Source: Eledone cirrhosa | Taxonomy: Eukaryota | DNA length: 64,000 nt | Assembly (NCBI GenBank): GCA_964016885.1 | Contig: OZ024758.1 | Location: forward strand, 17,546,001 to 17,610,000 | Direction of reading: 5' to 3' | Shown here: piece after piece, positions 38,448-51,203 of the stretch | Position numbering within the stretch: position 1 is the first letter of the stretch | How the letters are laid out: each line of letters opens with the position of its first letter | Translations under genes and position numbers: made by a program | The notes under the pieces: generated by a model | The model's database searches: none | Told to the model about the DNA's origin: nothing | The model's input: only the letters and a program-made list of their open reading frames with translations

Positions 38448-38632
38448 TTATTGATCATGTATATTTCTATAGTATTGACTTGACCAATGTCTTATGAGTG
38501 AAATTTTGTAAATGGAATCTACACGGAAATCCTTTGCTAGAGAACATACACACATTGAATGATGATGATGATGTGAGTGTGTGTGTGTATGTATATGTTT
38601 GTGTGCGTGACTTTGTTTCTGTTTATGTTTAA

Positions 38633-38835
38633 CCTTTTAGCATTTAAGTCAGCCATATCCAGAAGAATTCTCTCACCTCTTTCTATTCAAACCAGCTGTA
38701 CTGGTCACACATATTTACGCTAAAATATTATTCTCAAAATAAATATGAAAATCTCAGAGATTCGATATTATGTGAGATAAAGCCTTTACCATGAAAATGT
38801 AATAGTAAATAGAGAATAATGTAAATGCTAAAGGC
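38633..38835 (-). mobile_element. piggyBac-type MITE
   Basis: TTAA flanks and family consensus. Confidence 0.85.
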
Positions 38836-38994
38836 TTAAGTTTGACTTAACAATATGCCGATTAAAGATTACTAGAAAAAATACCAGACATAAATATGAC
38901 ATACTAGTGTTGATATTATCAACTAAATCTTTTAAAGGCAGTACATATCTATGTCCACAGTCTAATGACAGATTCAAGTAAAAGTAAAAGTGTT

Positions 38995-39190
38995 ATCCAA
39001 CCATCTTGCTTGGTGTCTACTCCTGGGTCTCCTGCCAGTTGGTTTTGCTAATAAAATCTGTCCAGTGATTCTTTCCTAAGACATTCAAACCACATGCCCA
39101 TAGTATCAGAGCTGTGATCTCTCAATTCGGAGAAGTATTGGCTTTACTTGGAGCGACTCTCTGATTTCTGTGTTACGTACTTTATTGAGT
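38995..39190 (-). mobile_element. Degenerate RTE-clade ORF 3' fragment
   Basis: Minus strand reads PILLRIERSQL*YYGHVV*MS*ERITGQILLAKPTGRRPRSRHQARW. Confidence 0.7.
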
Positions 39191-39449
39191 AACAAAGACC
39201 CTTCAGAGGAATCCCATTTTGGCCACTTGTATTCACAATCAGGGTGAATAAAGTAAATCTCCTGTCAGTGCAACCTCAAATTGCTTGTTGAATTCCATAG
39301 TTGACATGGTTTCTAAAGTGAGATGCTTCTCCCAATGCCAACAAGCTTACAGAGTGGATTTTTGTAGCACTAACACTACCACTTCACAAAGTGGATTGGG
39401 TGCATTTTATCTTGGGCACCAGTGGTAAGACTTTATGTAGTGCTTTCCT

Positions 39450-40210
39450 TCTCATCCCATCCTCATATCTAAGGATATGCGGTCATGGACTTATGGACCA
39501 GCACTCTCCATCTTTTCCTGTCTCTTGTCATTGCCGTACATTCCCCCAAACTCCTTCCTCTCCATTCCGTAATATCATCTGTCCATCTCCTTTTCTGCCA
39601 CCCCCTGGCCCTTTTTCCCTTATATTTGTCCCCCAAGGATGTAGGTAATTAGATTTTGAGCCCTCATGATATGGGACCATTACAAAAGAGTTTAACACAT
39701 GGTTAGCCAGAATAAAGAATCCTTTAAAACCCAATATTCAATTTTTTTAGTAATCTCTTTTTTATAAAAGAAGATGCAGCTAATTTATGATTAACCTTTT
39801 AGCTTTTAAACCAGCCATATCCGGCCAGAATTCTCTACCTTCTTTATGTTCATATCGGCTGTAACCAGCTACTCATACTGATGTTAAGGTATTGTTCTCA
39901 TTATAAATAACATTAAAATCTCATAGATTCGATATTATGTGAGAGAATTATGTAACACAAAGCCTTTACCACAAAAATACAATACTATATATAGCGTAAT
40001 GTAAATGTTAAAGGGTTAATTTGACCCTTTACCCTTGTATTCGTCCTTCAAGGATGAAGGTAGTCAAATTTCGGGCACTGATGACAGGAGACCAACACGA
40101 AAGAATTTAACACATGGTTAGCCACAATAAAAAATCCTTTAAAACCCAATATTCAATACTTTTAGTAATCTCTTTTCTATAAAAGAGAGATGTAGCTAAT
40201 TTTCGATTGA
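39450..40210 (-). mobile_element. Composite repeat (AT-rich unit plus RTE 3' fragment, tandem) with nested piggyBac MITE 39795-40015
   Basis: Reverse complement of 57480-57880, which lacks the MITE at AATTAATC. Confidence 0.75.
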
Positions 40211-40559
40211 AAAATAAAATAAGTAGTTCTATCTTTTTCTTTTTTTTTTCGCCTATAATATTACAAATAAAACTATCAAAGTTCGAAAATATAAATATCT
40301 TCATTCGTGTGGCAAAAAAAACAATTTTTTTTTTCTTAAATTTTTTCTGTTTCTAGATATTAACTTTGTTCATCAAATTTATAAGATTCTGGAATCTTTC
40401 TCTAGTTTAGTTCTTTACTTTCACAAAACAACAATGAGTTTATCATCTCAGTTTGTAAGATTGGAAAATGTCTACAGCTGATAGATGCACTTATAAAAAA
40501 AAAAAGAATAAAAACGAAAATATGATAATAATTCTTCAAAGTATTATATTTCTAAGGTG

Positions 40560-40628
40560 TGTGTATATATATATATATATATATATCTGTATATGCATAT
40601 ATATATATATATATATATCTGTATATGC

Positions 40629-40660
<32 letters not shown>

Positions 40661-40778
40661 ATATATACATATACGTATATATATATACATATGCATATAT
40701 ATAAATATATATATATACATACATATATATACATGCATATATATACATACATATATATACATGCATATATATACATTC

Positions 40779-40817
<39 letters not shown>

Positions 40818-40860
40818 CATATATATACATTCAAACACACACAAACATGTATATATATAT

Positions 40861-40893
<33 letters not shown>

Positions 40894-40913
40894 CACACAC
40901 ACGCACACACACA

Positions 40914-40954
<41 letters not shown>

Positions 40955-41041
40955 ATACATATATATACATTCAAACACACACAAACATATATATATATAC
41001 ACACACACACAAACATATATATATATATACACACACACACG

Positions 41042-41091
<50 letters not shown>

Positions 41092-41110
41092 TACACGTAC
41101 ACACATATAT
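40560..41110. repeat. Compound (TA)n/(CA)n microsatellite
   Basis: Directly visible. Confidence 0.95.
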
Positions 41111-41438
41111 GTATTAACATTTAAAGAAACCCCTTCTCCCGCTGCTGCTGTTAAAAAAAATAAGAACTTTAATATTTCCACTTATTCTCTTTTTGAAAAA
41201 AGAAAGATTAAAAAAATAGCAACTTGCTTTGAACAGTATTACTAGATTCTATTGCAGGAAAATATATTCTGTACGTATAGAAGACTATAATTTCAAATAA
41301 AGGCGATGAACAGCAAATTTTATTACGAGATCTTTAATCTATTGATGGTAGTAGAAGAAAACAGGGTAAATTAGAAAGTTTTAGAGGAAATGCAGCAACA
41401 AAAGTAATTAATTTAACCTGAAGATACAGCTAGTGAGA

Positions 41439-42386
41439 AATAAGTCAGTTCTGAGGAAAAACAAGAAAAATCAATATGTGTGTGTATATGTGTGAATGTA
41501 TATATATGTGGGTGTGAATTTATATTTATATATATATATATATAACGAAAAAAGTGTGTAAGGAACCAGGTGGACCATAACGCACCAGAGTACTCAATAA
41601 GTCAGTTCTGAGGAAAAACAAGAAAAATCAATGTGTGTGTGTATATGTGTGAATGTATATATATGTGGGTGTGTATTTATATTTATATATATATATATAT
41701 AACGAAAAAAGTGTGTAAGGAACCAGGTGGACCATAACGCACCAGAGTACTCAATAAGGCAGTTCTGAGGAAAAACAAGAAAAATCAATGTGTGTGTGTA
41801 TATGTGTGAATGTATATATATGTGGGTGTGTATTTATATTTATATATATATATATATATAACGAAAAAGTGTGTAAGGAACCAGGTGGACCATAACGCAC
41901 CAGAGTACTCAATAAGTCAGTTCTGAGGAAATACAAGAAAAATCAATGTGTGTGTGTATATGTGTGAATGTATATATATGTGGGTGTGTATTTATATTTA
42001 TATATATATATATATATAACGAAAAAGTGTGTAAGGAACCAGGTGGACCATAACGCACCAGAGTACTCAATAAGTCAGTTCTGAGGAAATACAAGAAAAA
42101 TCAATGTGTGTGTGTATATGTGTGAATGTATATATATGTGGGTGTGTATTTATATTTATATATATATATATATATATATAACGAAAAAGTGTGTAAGGAA
42201 CCAGGTGGACCTTAACGCACCAGAGTACTCAATAAGTCAGTTCTGAGGAAAAACAAGAAAAGTCAATGTGTGTGTGTATATGTGTGAATGTATATATATG
42301 TGGGTGTGTATTTATATTTATATATATATATATATAACGAAAAAGTGTGTAAGGAACCAGGTGGACCATAACGCACCAGAGTACTC
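41439..42386. repeat. ~158 bp tandem array, 6 copies
   Basis: AATAAG(T/G)CAGTTCTGAGG starts at 41439, 41596, 41753, 41911, 42069 and 42231; each unit ends with the family P2 terminus. Confidence 0.95.
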
Positions 42387-42490
42387 GATACTATGGGTAG
42401 TAGAGTGGGTAACTAAGTTCAGAGATAGTTGTCAACATGGCCGGACCTCAGCTGTTGGGGTCCTGACTCTTTCCTTATATATATATATAT

Positions 42491-43380
42491 AGACAAAAGT
42501 GTTGATGAGTAGAAAAGAGGACAAAACCCTGATTCCGCCAGGGAAATGGCCATGTTCGATATGCAGAAAAGGAACTGGCATAAATTCTATAAAATGCACA
42601 CAATGCAGGTCCTGGGTACGCAAGAGATGTAGCGGGATAGCAGGCAAACTAACAGGTAGGGAGAAATATGTATGCAGTAGATGTACAGGGAAATTAGACA
42701 GTAGAAGTCGCACTGATAGACAGATTTTTCAAATGCGAGAGGGCGCTATAGAAGTGGTGGATAGCTTCCGGTACCTAGGAGATCAGATTAGCATGGGAGG
42801 AGGGTGTTCCGAGGCCATAGTATCTAGAATAAGGACGGGTTGGAAGGAGTTTAGGGAGCTGCTTCCTCTGTTGACGAAGAAGGGTTTCCCCCTGCGTACG
42901 AAAGGCCGGTTGTATGATGCCTGTGTGAGGAGCGCGATGCTGCATGGTAGTGAGACATGGGTAGCAACCGCAGAGGATATGCGATGGCTGGAGAGAAATG
43001 AGGCAAGCATGCTCCGTTGGATGTGCAGTGTAAATGTGCGTGAACGACCCAGCATAAATGTGTTGAGAGAGAAACTGTGTCTGAGAGGGATCGAATGTAG
43101 TGTACGGGAGAGGAGACTGAGGTGGTATGGACATGTGATGCGCATGGAGGATGACCGATGGGTGAAGAAGTGCCAGGAAATGCCAGTTGAAGGAAGACGT
43201 GGTAGAGGTAGACCACGAAAAACATGGGCGGAGGTGGTGAGAACAGACCTCAGATCATTGAAGCTCACGGTGGAGATGACGAGGGACCGTGACGAGTGGA
43301 GAGATGCTGTGCTGAATAAGACCCGTCCCACCCTTGCAAGCAGGGAAAAGCGGATGTAAAATGATGATGATGATGATGAT
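42491..43380 (+). mobile_element. 5'-truncated RTE-clade LINE; open ORF 42499-43359 (PHD-like finger, RT C-terminus/thumb)
   Basis: Motifs IEVVDSFRYLG, AMLHGSETW, RRLRWYGHVMR, GRRGRGRPRKTW; (TGA)n tail. Confidence 0.95.
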
Positions 43381-43443
43381 ATATATGTTGATTTAAAACT
43401 GAACTATTCACAAGTGTTTTCTAACCTTCATATCATGTCCTCC

Positions 43444-43514
43444 TGTTTTATCTGATGAAAACACAAATATTATTGCATGATGATATTTGTTTTTGAAATG
43501 CGCATAATAAAATA
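43444..43514 (+). ncRNA. Minimal type I hammerhead motif (family P5)
   Basis: TGTTTTAT-CTGATGA-AAACACAAATATTAT..ATGATATTTGTTTTT-GAA-ATGCGCAT-A-ATAAAATA; palindromic stem III ATGCGCAT. Confidence 0.78.
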
Positions 43515-43601
43515 CATGGAACTCCTTTAACCATCTTTTGTTCTTATATATTATATATATATATATATGCATGTGTGTACATATATATAAGAGTGTATGC
43601 A

Positions 43602-43636
<35 letters not shown>

Positions 43637-44224
43637 TCTATATAACTGCTCTGTAGAACAACTGATGTTATTACATTGAGCTATTTATCTTACTGGTAAT
43701 AAGGTAGTAATAATTACTGTCTTTCACTGTTTAGGGTTTAAAATATATATAACTATAAAAAGTTTTAGTATATACATAACCATAAATAGTATCCTTAATA
43801 CTATATATATATATATGAATATATAGGCTCCCAGTCCACACTGTAAATGTGGTTGGTGTTAGGAAGGGCATCCAGCTGTAAAAAAATCTGCCAGAGACAC
43901 TTCTGTACGAGCAAGACACAGTCTCCCAACCAATCTCCCATGCTAGTTTAGAAGATGGACATTAAACAATGATGATGATGATATATATATATATACATAT
44001 ATATAGTAATAATAATAAATTTGAAGAGTAAAATCCAAAGAGGGCTCGATAAGGATAAATATATATAGAATATATAAGAACCGAAGAGCAAATATTTATT
44101 AAAATTTATTAAAGTTTCAGAAAATCCCGTCAAAGGTGAAAGCAGCGATTCTTTCCTTAAACTTTAATCTCTTATTTTAATAAATATATATATATATATA
44201 CGTATATAAATATATATATATAAT

Positions 44225-44313
44225 ATTTAATATAGAAATGTCTTCTACAGGACTAGAACTGTTTAATTCAAATGAAACAGTTCTAGTCCTGTAGAAGCCA
44301 TTTCTATATTAAA
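44225..44313. mobile_element. Fold-back element, family P1 (hammerhead 3' half duplicated in inversion)
   Basis: ATTTAATATAGAAATGTCTTCTACAGGACTAGAACTGTTT / AAACAGTTCTAGTCCTGTAGAAGCCATTTCTATATTAAAT. Confidence 0.8.
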
Positions 44314-44388
44314 TATTATATATACTGTACTGTATTAAGTAACTTACTTATTGAGGTTACCCCGATGGAGTCTGGGATACACACACAC

Positions 44389-44425
<37 letters not shown>

Positions 44426-45117
44426 TGTGTGTGTATATATATATATGTGCATGTATGTGTGTAAATGTATATATATATATATATATATACACTTACAAGA
44501 CAATGTCACTGGACCGAGACCTTTGGCGGTACTCAGTAATAGAGAAGACCCGCCTTACCTAAATACATAGTAAAACCTACTACAGTCAGTAGGCATCTCT
44601 AACAAAATACACCCCCGTCCCACCACCCCCACCCCATCCACACCACTCCCTTCTATGTAAAGTTATGTTGGTGCCACACCATCCAGGCTAAAACAAATGA
44701 GATTGTGTAGGTGTCACGACAAAAAAACACACAGTCCACGCTGTAATGTGGCCGTGTAGGCAACACGGTAAAAACCTCCCAGACCCACACTGTAAATGTG
44801 GTTGGTGTTAGGAAGGGCATCCAACTGTAGAAAACCTGCCAGACAGTCCTATGCAAGCAAGACAATCACTCTTGCCTCAAGTGGGAAAAACCCCGTCCAA
44901 ACCCATGCAAGCGTGGAACACGGACGTTAAACGTTGATGATGATGATGATATATATATATACACATACATTAATTACATATATATGTGGGTATAGATATG
45001 CATGTATATATCAGAAATTGCACTAACATAGTGTGGTTCATCATAGGGTGTATATAAAAGCATATATGATATATTTATGTATAACAAACATGAGTATCTT
45101 GCTATGAATTCTCTTAA

Positions 45118-45531
45118 CCCTTTAGCATTCACATTACTCTATATATACTATGGGGCGGTGGATTGGCAGTATCGGTAGAGGGTCGGACGCCATGCTTTCC
45201 AGCATAGTTACGTCCCTTTACGATCTGAGTTCAAATCCCGCCGAGGTTGACTTTGCCTTTCATTCTTACGGGGTCGATAAAATAAAGTACCAGTAATGCA
45301 CTTGGTAATTGCTGGCCTTGTGCCTAAAGTAGAAACAATTACTCTATATATACTATTATATTTTCACGGTAAATGCTTTATCTCACATACTTATCTCACA
45401 TAATATCGAATCTATGAGATTTTGAAAGTATTTATTTTGAGAACAATACCTTAACATCAGTTTGATGACCAGTTACAGCCAGTTTCAAAAGAAAAAGGTA
45501 GAGAATTCTGGCCGGTTTGAACATTAAAGGG
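45118..45531 (+). mobile_element. piggyBac-type MITE with nested SINE-A (45143-45340)
   Basis: SINE flanked by TSD ATTACTCTATATATACTAT. Confidence 0.9.
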
Positions 45532-46105
45532 TTAAAGCTGTGATTGTCACAGCTATGTTAGTAGCATTGAGAATGCCAGACACCTGTTTCTGGATCTTTC
45601 TCATTGGTGACATGTATCAATCAATACAGAGGCTAGAAAAGGCTAAACAATATATGTTTCTTTGCATATGAAACATTGGCTGGAGATCCTAACTTACGTA
45701 TAGTGCTTACTTAACTGAGTAGATGTAATTTGAAGTGGCAAAGACTTAGTGTGCTTTATCATAGTGGTGTATATGAAAGCAAATATGATATTATCATCTT
45801 CATCGTTTAACATCCATTTTCCATGCTAGCATGGGTAGGACGAGTTGTCCCATTGGTAGAGATCATGTTTCGCTCACATAAGGTTGGTTTTTGCCTTGGT
45901 TTCTACAGCTGGATTCCCTTCCTAATACTAACCCCATTTACAGTGCCTGCTGGGTGCTTTTTGTCATGACACCTACACAAAATCTTTACAGATTGTTTAT
46001 GTATAATAAACATATAGCATAACATAATAGGAGGATTTCTGAGTTCCTTTCTCTGCACAGATGAGTTGTCTGTGTTGGTACCATGATAAAATGCATCCAG
46101 CTTAA

Positions 46106-46331
46106 ACCTTTAGCATTTACATTATTCTTTATTTACTATTGTATTTTTCATGGTAAAGTCTTTATCTCACAAAATACCTCATATAATATCGAATCTATGA
46201 AATTTTAATATTATTCATTTTGAGAACAATACCCTAACATCAGTATGGGTGATCAGTTCAGTTACAGCCGCTTTGAACAGAAAGAGGTGAGAGAATTCTG
46301 GCCGGTGATGGCCGGTTTAAATGCTAAGGGG
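46106..46331 (+). mobile_element. piggyBac-type MITE
   Basis: TTAA flanks and family consensus. Confidence 0.85.
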
Positions 46332-46917
46332 TTAATCTGTAAATTGCTAGCGTCAGGGCCATATAAAATGCACCCAATCCTTTCTGTAAATTGGTAGTGT
46401 TGGTGTTAAAATAACATGCACCAAATACACACCATAATCTAGTTAGTATTAGAAAAGGCATCCAACCATAATAAACATGGCCAAATTCATGAATAAAATG
46501 CTGTCACCTAACTGTCTAGCCACTAATGTGACAGTCTCTGAAATCCTATTGAAGCATGGAAAATAGATATAAAATGTTGTCACTGTTACTGAAGAATTAT
46601 TGAATTATTTAGTCTCAATCATAGTGGAATTGTGATAAAAAAAACAAAAAAACTGTTCATGCTACAACTTTGTTTCCGCTAATTACTTCATGCCCTCTCA
46701 GTAAATATGATGAGAATAAAATTAAGGCAATAATGAAAAGATAAAAAAAATATTTAATGTTTAATATTTTTAACCCTTTGATACCAGACTACCCTAAGCT
46801 ATTTTTTCTTTCTAATGTCACATGAAGTTGCCCCGGGTTATATGGTACTAATGTTTTAATGTGTTTATATTTATCTGAAAACCATCCACTATAATTTTAA
46901 CAAGGAACCTCTGTTAA

Positions 46918-47466
46918 CCCTTTAATATTTATATTATTATTGGCAGTATCGGTTGAGGGTCGGACGCCATGCTTTGATGCATAGAGTTACGGCCCTTGCC
47001 ATTCTGAGTTCAAATCCCGCCGAGGTTAACTTTGCCTTTCATCCTTACGGGGTCGATAAAGTAAAGTAACAGTAATACACTGGGTATTTGCTGGCCTTAT
47101 GCCAAAAGTAGAAACAATTATTCTATATTTAGTATTGTATTTTTGTGGTAAAGGCTTTGCCTCACATAATTATCTCACATAATACTGAATCTATGAGATT
47201 TTGATATTATTTATTTTGAGAACCCGTAAGGATGAAAGGCAAAGTTAACCCGCCAAGGTTAACTTTGCCTTTCATCCTTACAGGGTCGATAAAATAAAGT
47301 ACCAGTAATACACTGGGCAATTGCTGACCTTGTGCCAAAAGTAGAAACAATTATTTATTTTGAGAACAATACTTTAACATCAGTTTGAGTGGCCAGTTAT
47401 GACCAGTTTGAACAGAAAGAGGTGAGAGAATTCTGGCCGGATATGGCTGGTTTAAATGCTAAAGGG
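46918..47466 (+). mobile_element. piggyBac-type MITE with two nested SINE-A copies
   Basis: SINEs at 46940-47120 and about 47250-47352, the latter with a 5' inverted piece at 47223-47250. Confidence 0.85.
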
Positions 47467-47499
47467 CTAAGCTACATTCTAAACATCAGTTTAATAATG

Positions 47500-48980
47500 T
47501 TTTCTACTTTAGGCATAAGGCCAGGAATTTGAGGGGAGGGGAAAGTCGATTAAATTTACCCCAGTGCATTAGTGGTGCTTTATTTTATTGATCCTGTGAG
47601 GATGAATGGCAAAACTAGCCTCGGTAAAATTTGATCTCAGAACGTAAAGGGACATAACTCTATGCTGCAAAGCATGGTTTCTGATGCTCTACCGATACTG
47701 CCAATCCACCACATCGGTTTAATGATAGCAAATACCCTGATTGTAGAATATAAAGCTATTATAATGTGTGTTATTTTATTTATCCACCATAATTCTATAT
47801 ACTTTATATAATCAAATATAAGCCAAGAAATATGTGACCAAATCATCAATGGTACCATTGAGGTCACCTTAAATTCGGAGTCAATATTTTGATGGCTTTC
47901 ATCAGCATCAAATTATATGTAAATGTGTGTGGATTTTTGTCCATTTCACAGACATATGGTTTCTGATTTAGGCACAAGGCCTGACATTTTGGGGGAGGGG
48001 AAAAGTCTATTAAATTGACCCCAGGGCATTAATGGTATATTATTTTATCGAGTCTGTAAGGATGAAAGGCAAAGTTAACCTTGGCGGGATTTGAACTCAG
48101 ACCATAAAGGGCCGTAACTCTATGCTGCAAAGCATAGTGCCCAACACTCTAGCGATTACTGCAAATCCACCGTCCTCACATCAGTTTAATAATTTTCTCT
48201 ACTATAGGCACAAGGCTAGCAATTTGGAGGAGGGGAAAGACAATTGAATTGCCTTCAGTGCATTACTGGTACTTAATTTTATCAAACCCGTCAGGATGAA
48301 AGTCAAAGGTAACCTCGGTGGGATTTGAACTCAGAATGTAAAGGGGCATAACTCTATGCTCCAAATCATGCTCTACCGATATTGCAACTCCAACGCCCTC
48401 AGTGTTACTAATAATAAACATCATTATTGGTGGATCGGTATGGGTCGGATGCCATGCTTTGATGCATAGAGTTACGGCCCTTACCATTCTGAGTTCAAAT
48501 CCTGCCGAGGTTAACTATGCCTTTCATCCTTATGGGATCGATAAAATAAAGTACCAGTAATGCACTGGGTAATTGCTGGCCTTGTACCAAGTGTAGAAAC
48601 AATTATTTTGTTTCTTTCAGTGGATTGGCAGTATCAGTAGAGGGTCGGACACCATGCTTTGCAGCATAGAGTTACGGCCCTTTATGGTCTGAGTTCAAAT
48701 CCTGCCGAGGTTAACTTTGCCTTTCATCCTTACGGGGTCGATAAAATAAAGTACCAGTAATACACTAGGATAATTGCTGGCCTTGTGCCAAAAAGTAGAA
48801 ACAATTATTTTGTTTCTTTCAAAGCTCTTTACTTTCTGAGTTCAAATTCAGCTGAGGTTAGCTTTGCCTTTCATCCTTAAGGGGTCGATAAAATAAAGTA
48901 CCAGTAATGCACTGGTGTTGATTTAATCGACTTCTCCTCCCATAATTGGTGGCCTTGTGCTGATAGTAGAAACAATTATT
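47500..48980. mobile_element. Cluster of six SINE-A copies (three minus, then three plus)
   Basis: Minus: 47500-47710, 47958-48172, 48190-48397. Plus: 48429-48605, 48620-48808, 48830-48980. Confidence 0.88.
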
Positions 48981-50144
48981 ATTTTCTTTCTTTCAGAAAT
49001 AGTTACTTTGGAAATAAATATAAATTTTCCTATAAATTTGAATTTGCAATATATAAACGTGGTAAATTTTGAAAATAAAGAACTTTCTCTCTTTTACTAA
49101 AATTATGTTTGTGAATAAGTTGCCTTTAGTTATTACACTTGGTATAATTTAAGCATTGTAGACTAACATATATCAATACACTGAGCTTATTCTGTATACT
49201 AATCAAGATTGATGACATGGCTACTTCTGCCTGAATTCCCCAAAAAGAATTTAAAATGACAGCAAAATAATAAAAATAAAAAAATATTTAATTCATGAGA
49301 ATGGAAAAAAAAAAATCCATTTTGTCTTTACTTTAAAATAAAATATGTTTTTTCTTTTATATATAGCTAAATGCATCTTTTTTATTTTATCTAGACCATT
49401 TTATGCAAGCTATGTATTTCTATAATGTTCACTAATGTATTTTCGGCTACATAGTTTAAGAAGATACTGTAAGAAATTTGGATAAACATTTCTTCGGTTA
49501 GCAACAAACAGTTGAGTTTGCTGTATAAAGAACAGATTCTAGGAAATAAGTGCACAAAAGATGACACCCTATGAATATAGTAATACATGGCTATTGAGAA
49601 CAGATCATCTGTAAAATATAAAGGAAAATTAATAGAATATGGAAAATGGTTGTAGAATATATATTTTCTTAGAATGACAAGAGCAGCACTGGCCTCTCTG
49701 TATAATTATGGACTATATGCATATATTGAAAGTATTATCAGCATCATTTTGCATCAATTTTATTTATGCCTACTTAGAGGCATGTGGCCTAGTGGTAAGG
49801 GTGTTGGACCGCTTCTGCTTTCTACAAACTCAAGGGTATTTCTCATTCTACATGACTAAAAAATGCCAAACAAATATATGGATCCCTTATAAATTTTGGG
49901 CCTAGTGATAAATGTGTTGAACTTATGATCATAATGTCATGGTTTTAATTCTTTGGCTGGGTTGCGTGTTGTGTTCTTGAGCAAAACACTTCATTTCACA
50001 TTGCTCCAGTATACTCAGCTGAAAATGAGTACCAGCAATAGTATCACATTAAATACCTTTATTCTTGGATCAAATCCCACTGTGGCCAACTTTGCCTTTC
50101 ATCCTTTCTGGGTTGATAACTAAAGAATCACTCCATAGGACATG

Positions 50145-50390
50145 GTCAGGTTTAGGAGCGCAGCAAAGTATTCTTTCCACCTCATGAGGATGCATCTTTC
50201 TGAAGAGAGGACAACCTCAGATGCATTCTTGATAGCAGGTATGGAGAAGGACTTCTGACTTCAAAGTCGGTGGATGGTCTGCCAGAACACTTTATTTGCT
50301 GATTTGAAGTTGGATTCCAGCTTAACTCCAATGTCCTCCCGTGTCTTAACTTTGGACACCTTTACTGTCTCTGCTGCGATTCTTTATGCC
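50145..50390 (-). mobile_element. Degenerate RTE-clade internal fragment (EN-RT linker)
   Basis: Minus strand reads KLESNFKSANKVFWQTIHRL...ILMRWKEYFAALLN; paralog at 56290-56510. Confidence 0.7.
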
Positions 50391-50479
50391 TGCTTGTACC
50401 ACAAGTGCAATACATCTCTTTTATTTTTCTCTCTTCTTTCTTAATGTATATTTATGGGGCATAGTGGAATTGTCAATGT

Positions 50480-50770
50480 GTGCAGCTTTGTGGTTAGTGT
50501 ATTCGGCTCACAATCGTAAGGTTGTGAATTTGATTCTAGGTGGCGCGTTGTGTCCTTGCGCAAGACATTTTATTTCACATTGCTCCAGTCCGCTCAACTA
50601 GCAAAAGTGAGTTGTACCTGTAATTCGAAGGGCCAGCCTTGTCACGTTCAGTGTCATGCTGAATCTCCCTGAGAACTATACTATGGGTATGTGTGTTTGT
50701 GGAATGTTCAGTCACTTACACATTAATTTCATGAGCAGGCTCTTCTATTGATCAGAGCATAACTGACTGA
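50480..50770 (+). mobile_element. tRNA/CORE-like SINE with a distinct 3' body
   Basis: TGTGGTTAG head and GTGTCCTTGCGCAAGACATTTTATTTCACATTGCTCCAG. Confidence 0.6.
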
Positions 50771-50882
50771 GTGCCTACAGTGGAATTCTTCAAGTGCCAT
50801 CTTCAGCATCTAATCTGTCCCTGTGCATTCTGAGTTTAAATTCCACATCCTACCAGGTAGCATCAGGAATGGAAGTACCAAT

Positions 50883-51203
50883 GGAAACATTTTCCTTAGT
50901 CTACCCTCGCAACTGGCTCCTTTCATTTCCTGTGTCTTTTGTATTACAAAAACATATTAGAACCTTCTCCATTACAAACTTCTACCACATGGTTGTATTA
51001 AACATATAAAAATTGTGCTACCACAAAATAATCAAAATCAACACACCTATGGAAACAATGTTTCCTTAGTCTACCCTCGCAACTGGCTCTTTTCATTTCC
51101 TGTGTCTTTTGTATTACAAAAACATATATTAGAAACTTCTACCGCATGGTTGTATTAAACATATAAAAATTTTGCTACCACAAAATAATCAAAATCAACA
51201 CAC
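50883..51203. repeat. ~165 bp tandem duplication
   Basis: TTTCCTTAGTCTACCCTCGCAACTGGCTC...AAATCAACAC twice. Confidence 0.88.

Noticed and set aside
41416-41450. CTGAAGA...GAAA hammerhead-like match
   Set aside because: Stems I to III cannot be paired convincingly, so it is probably a chance match.
42775-43331. Minus-strand ORFs over the RTE
   Set aside because: They are antisense shadows of the LINE ORF.
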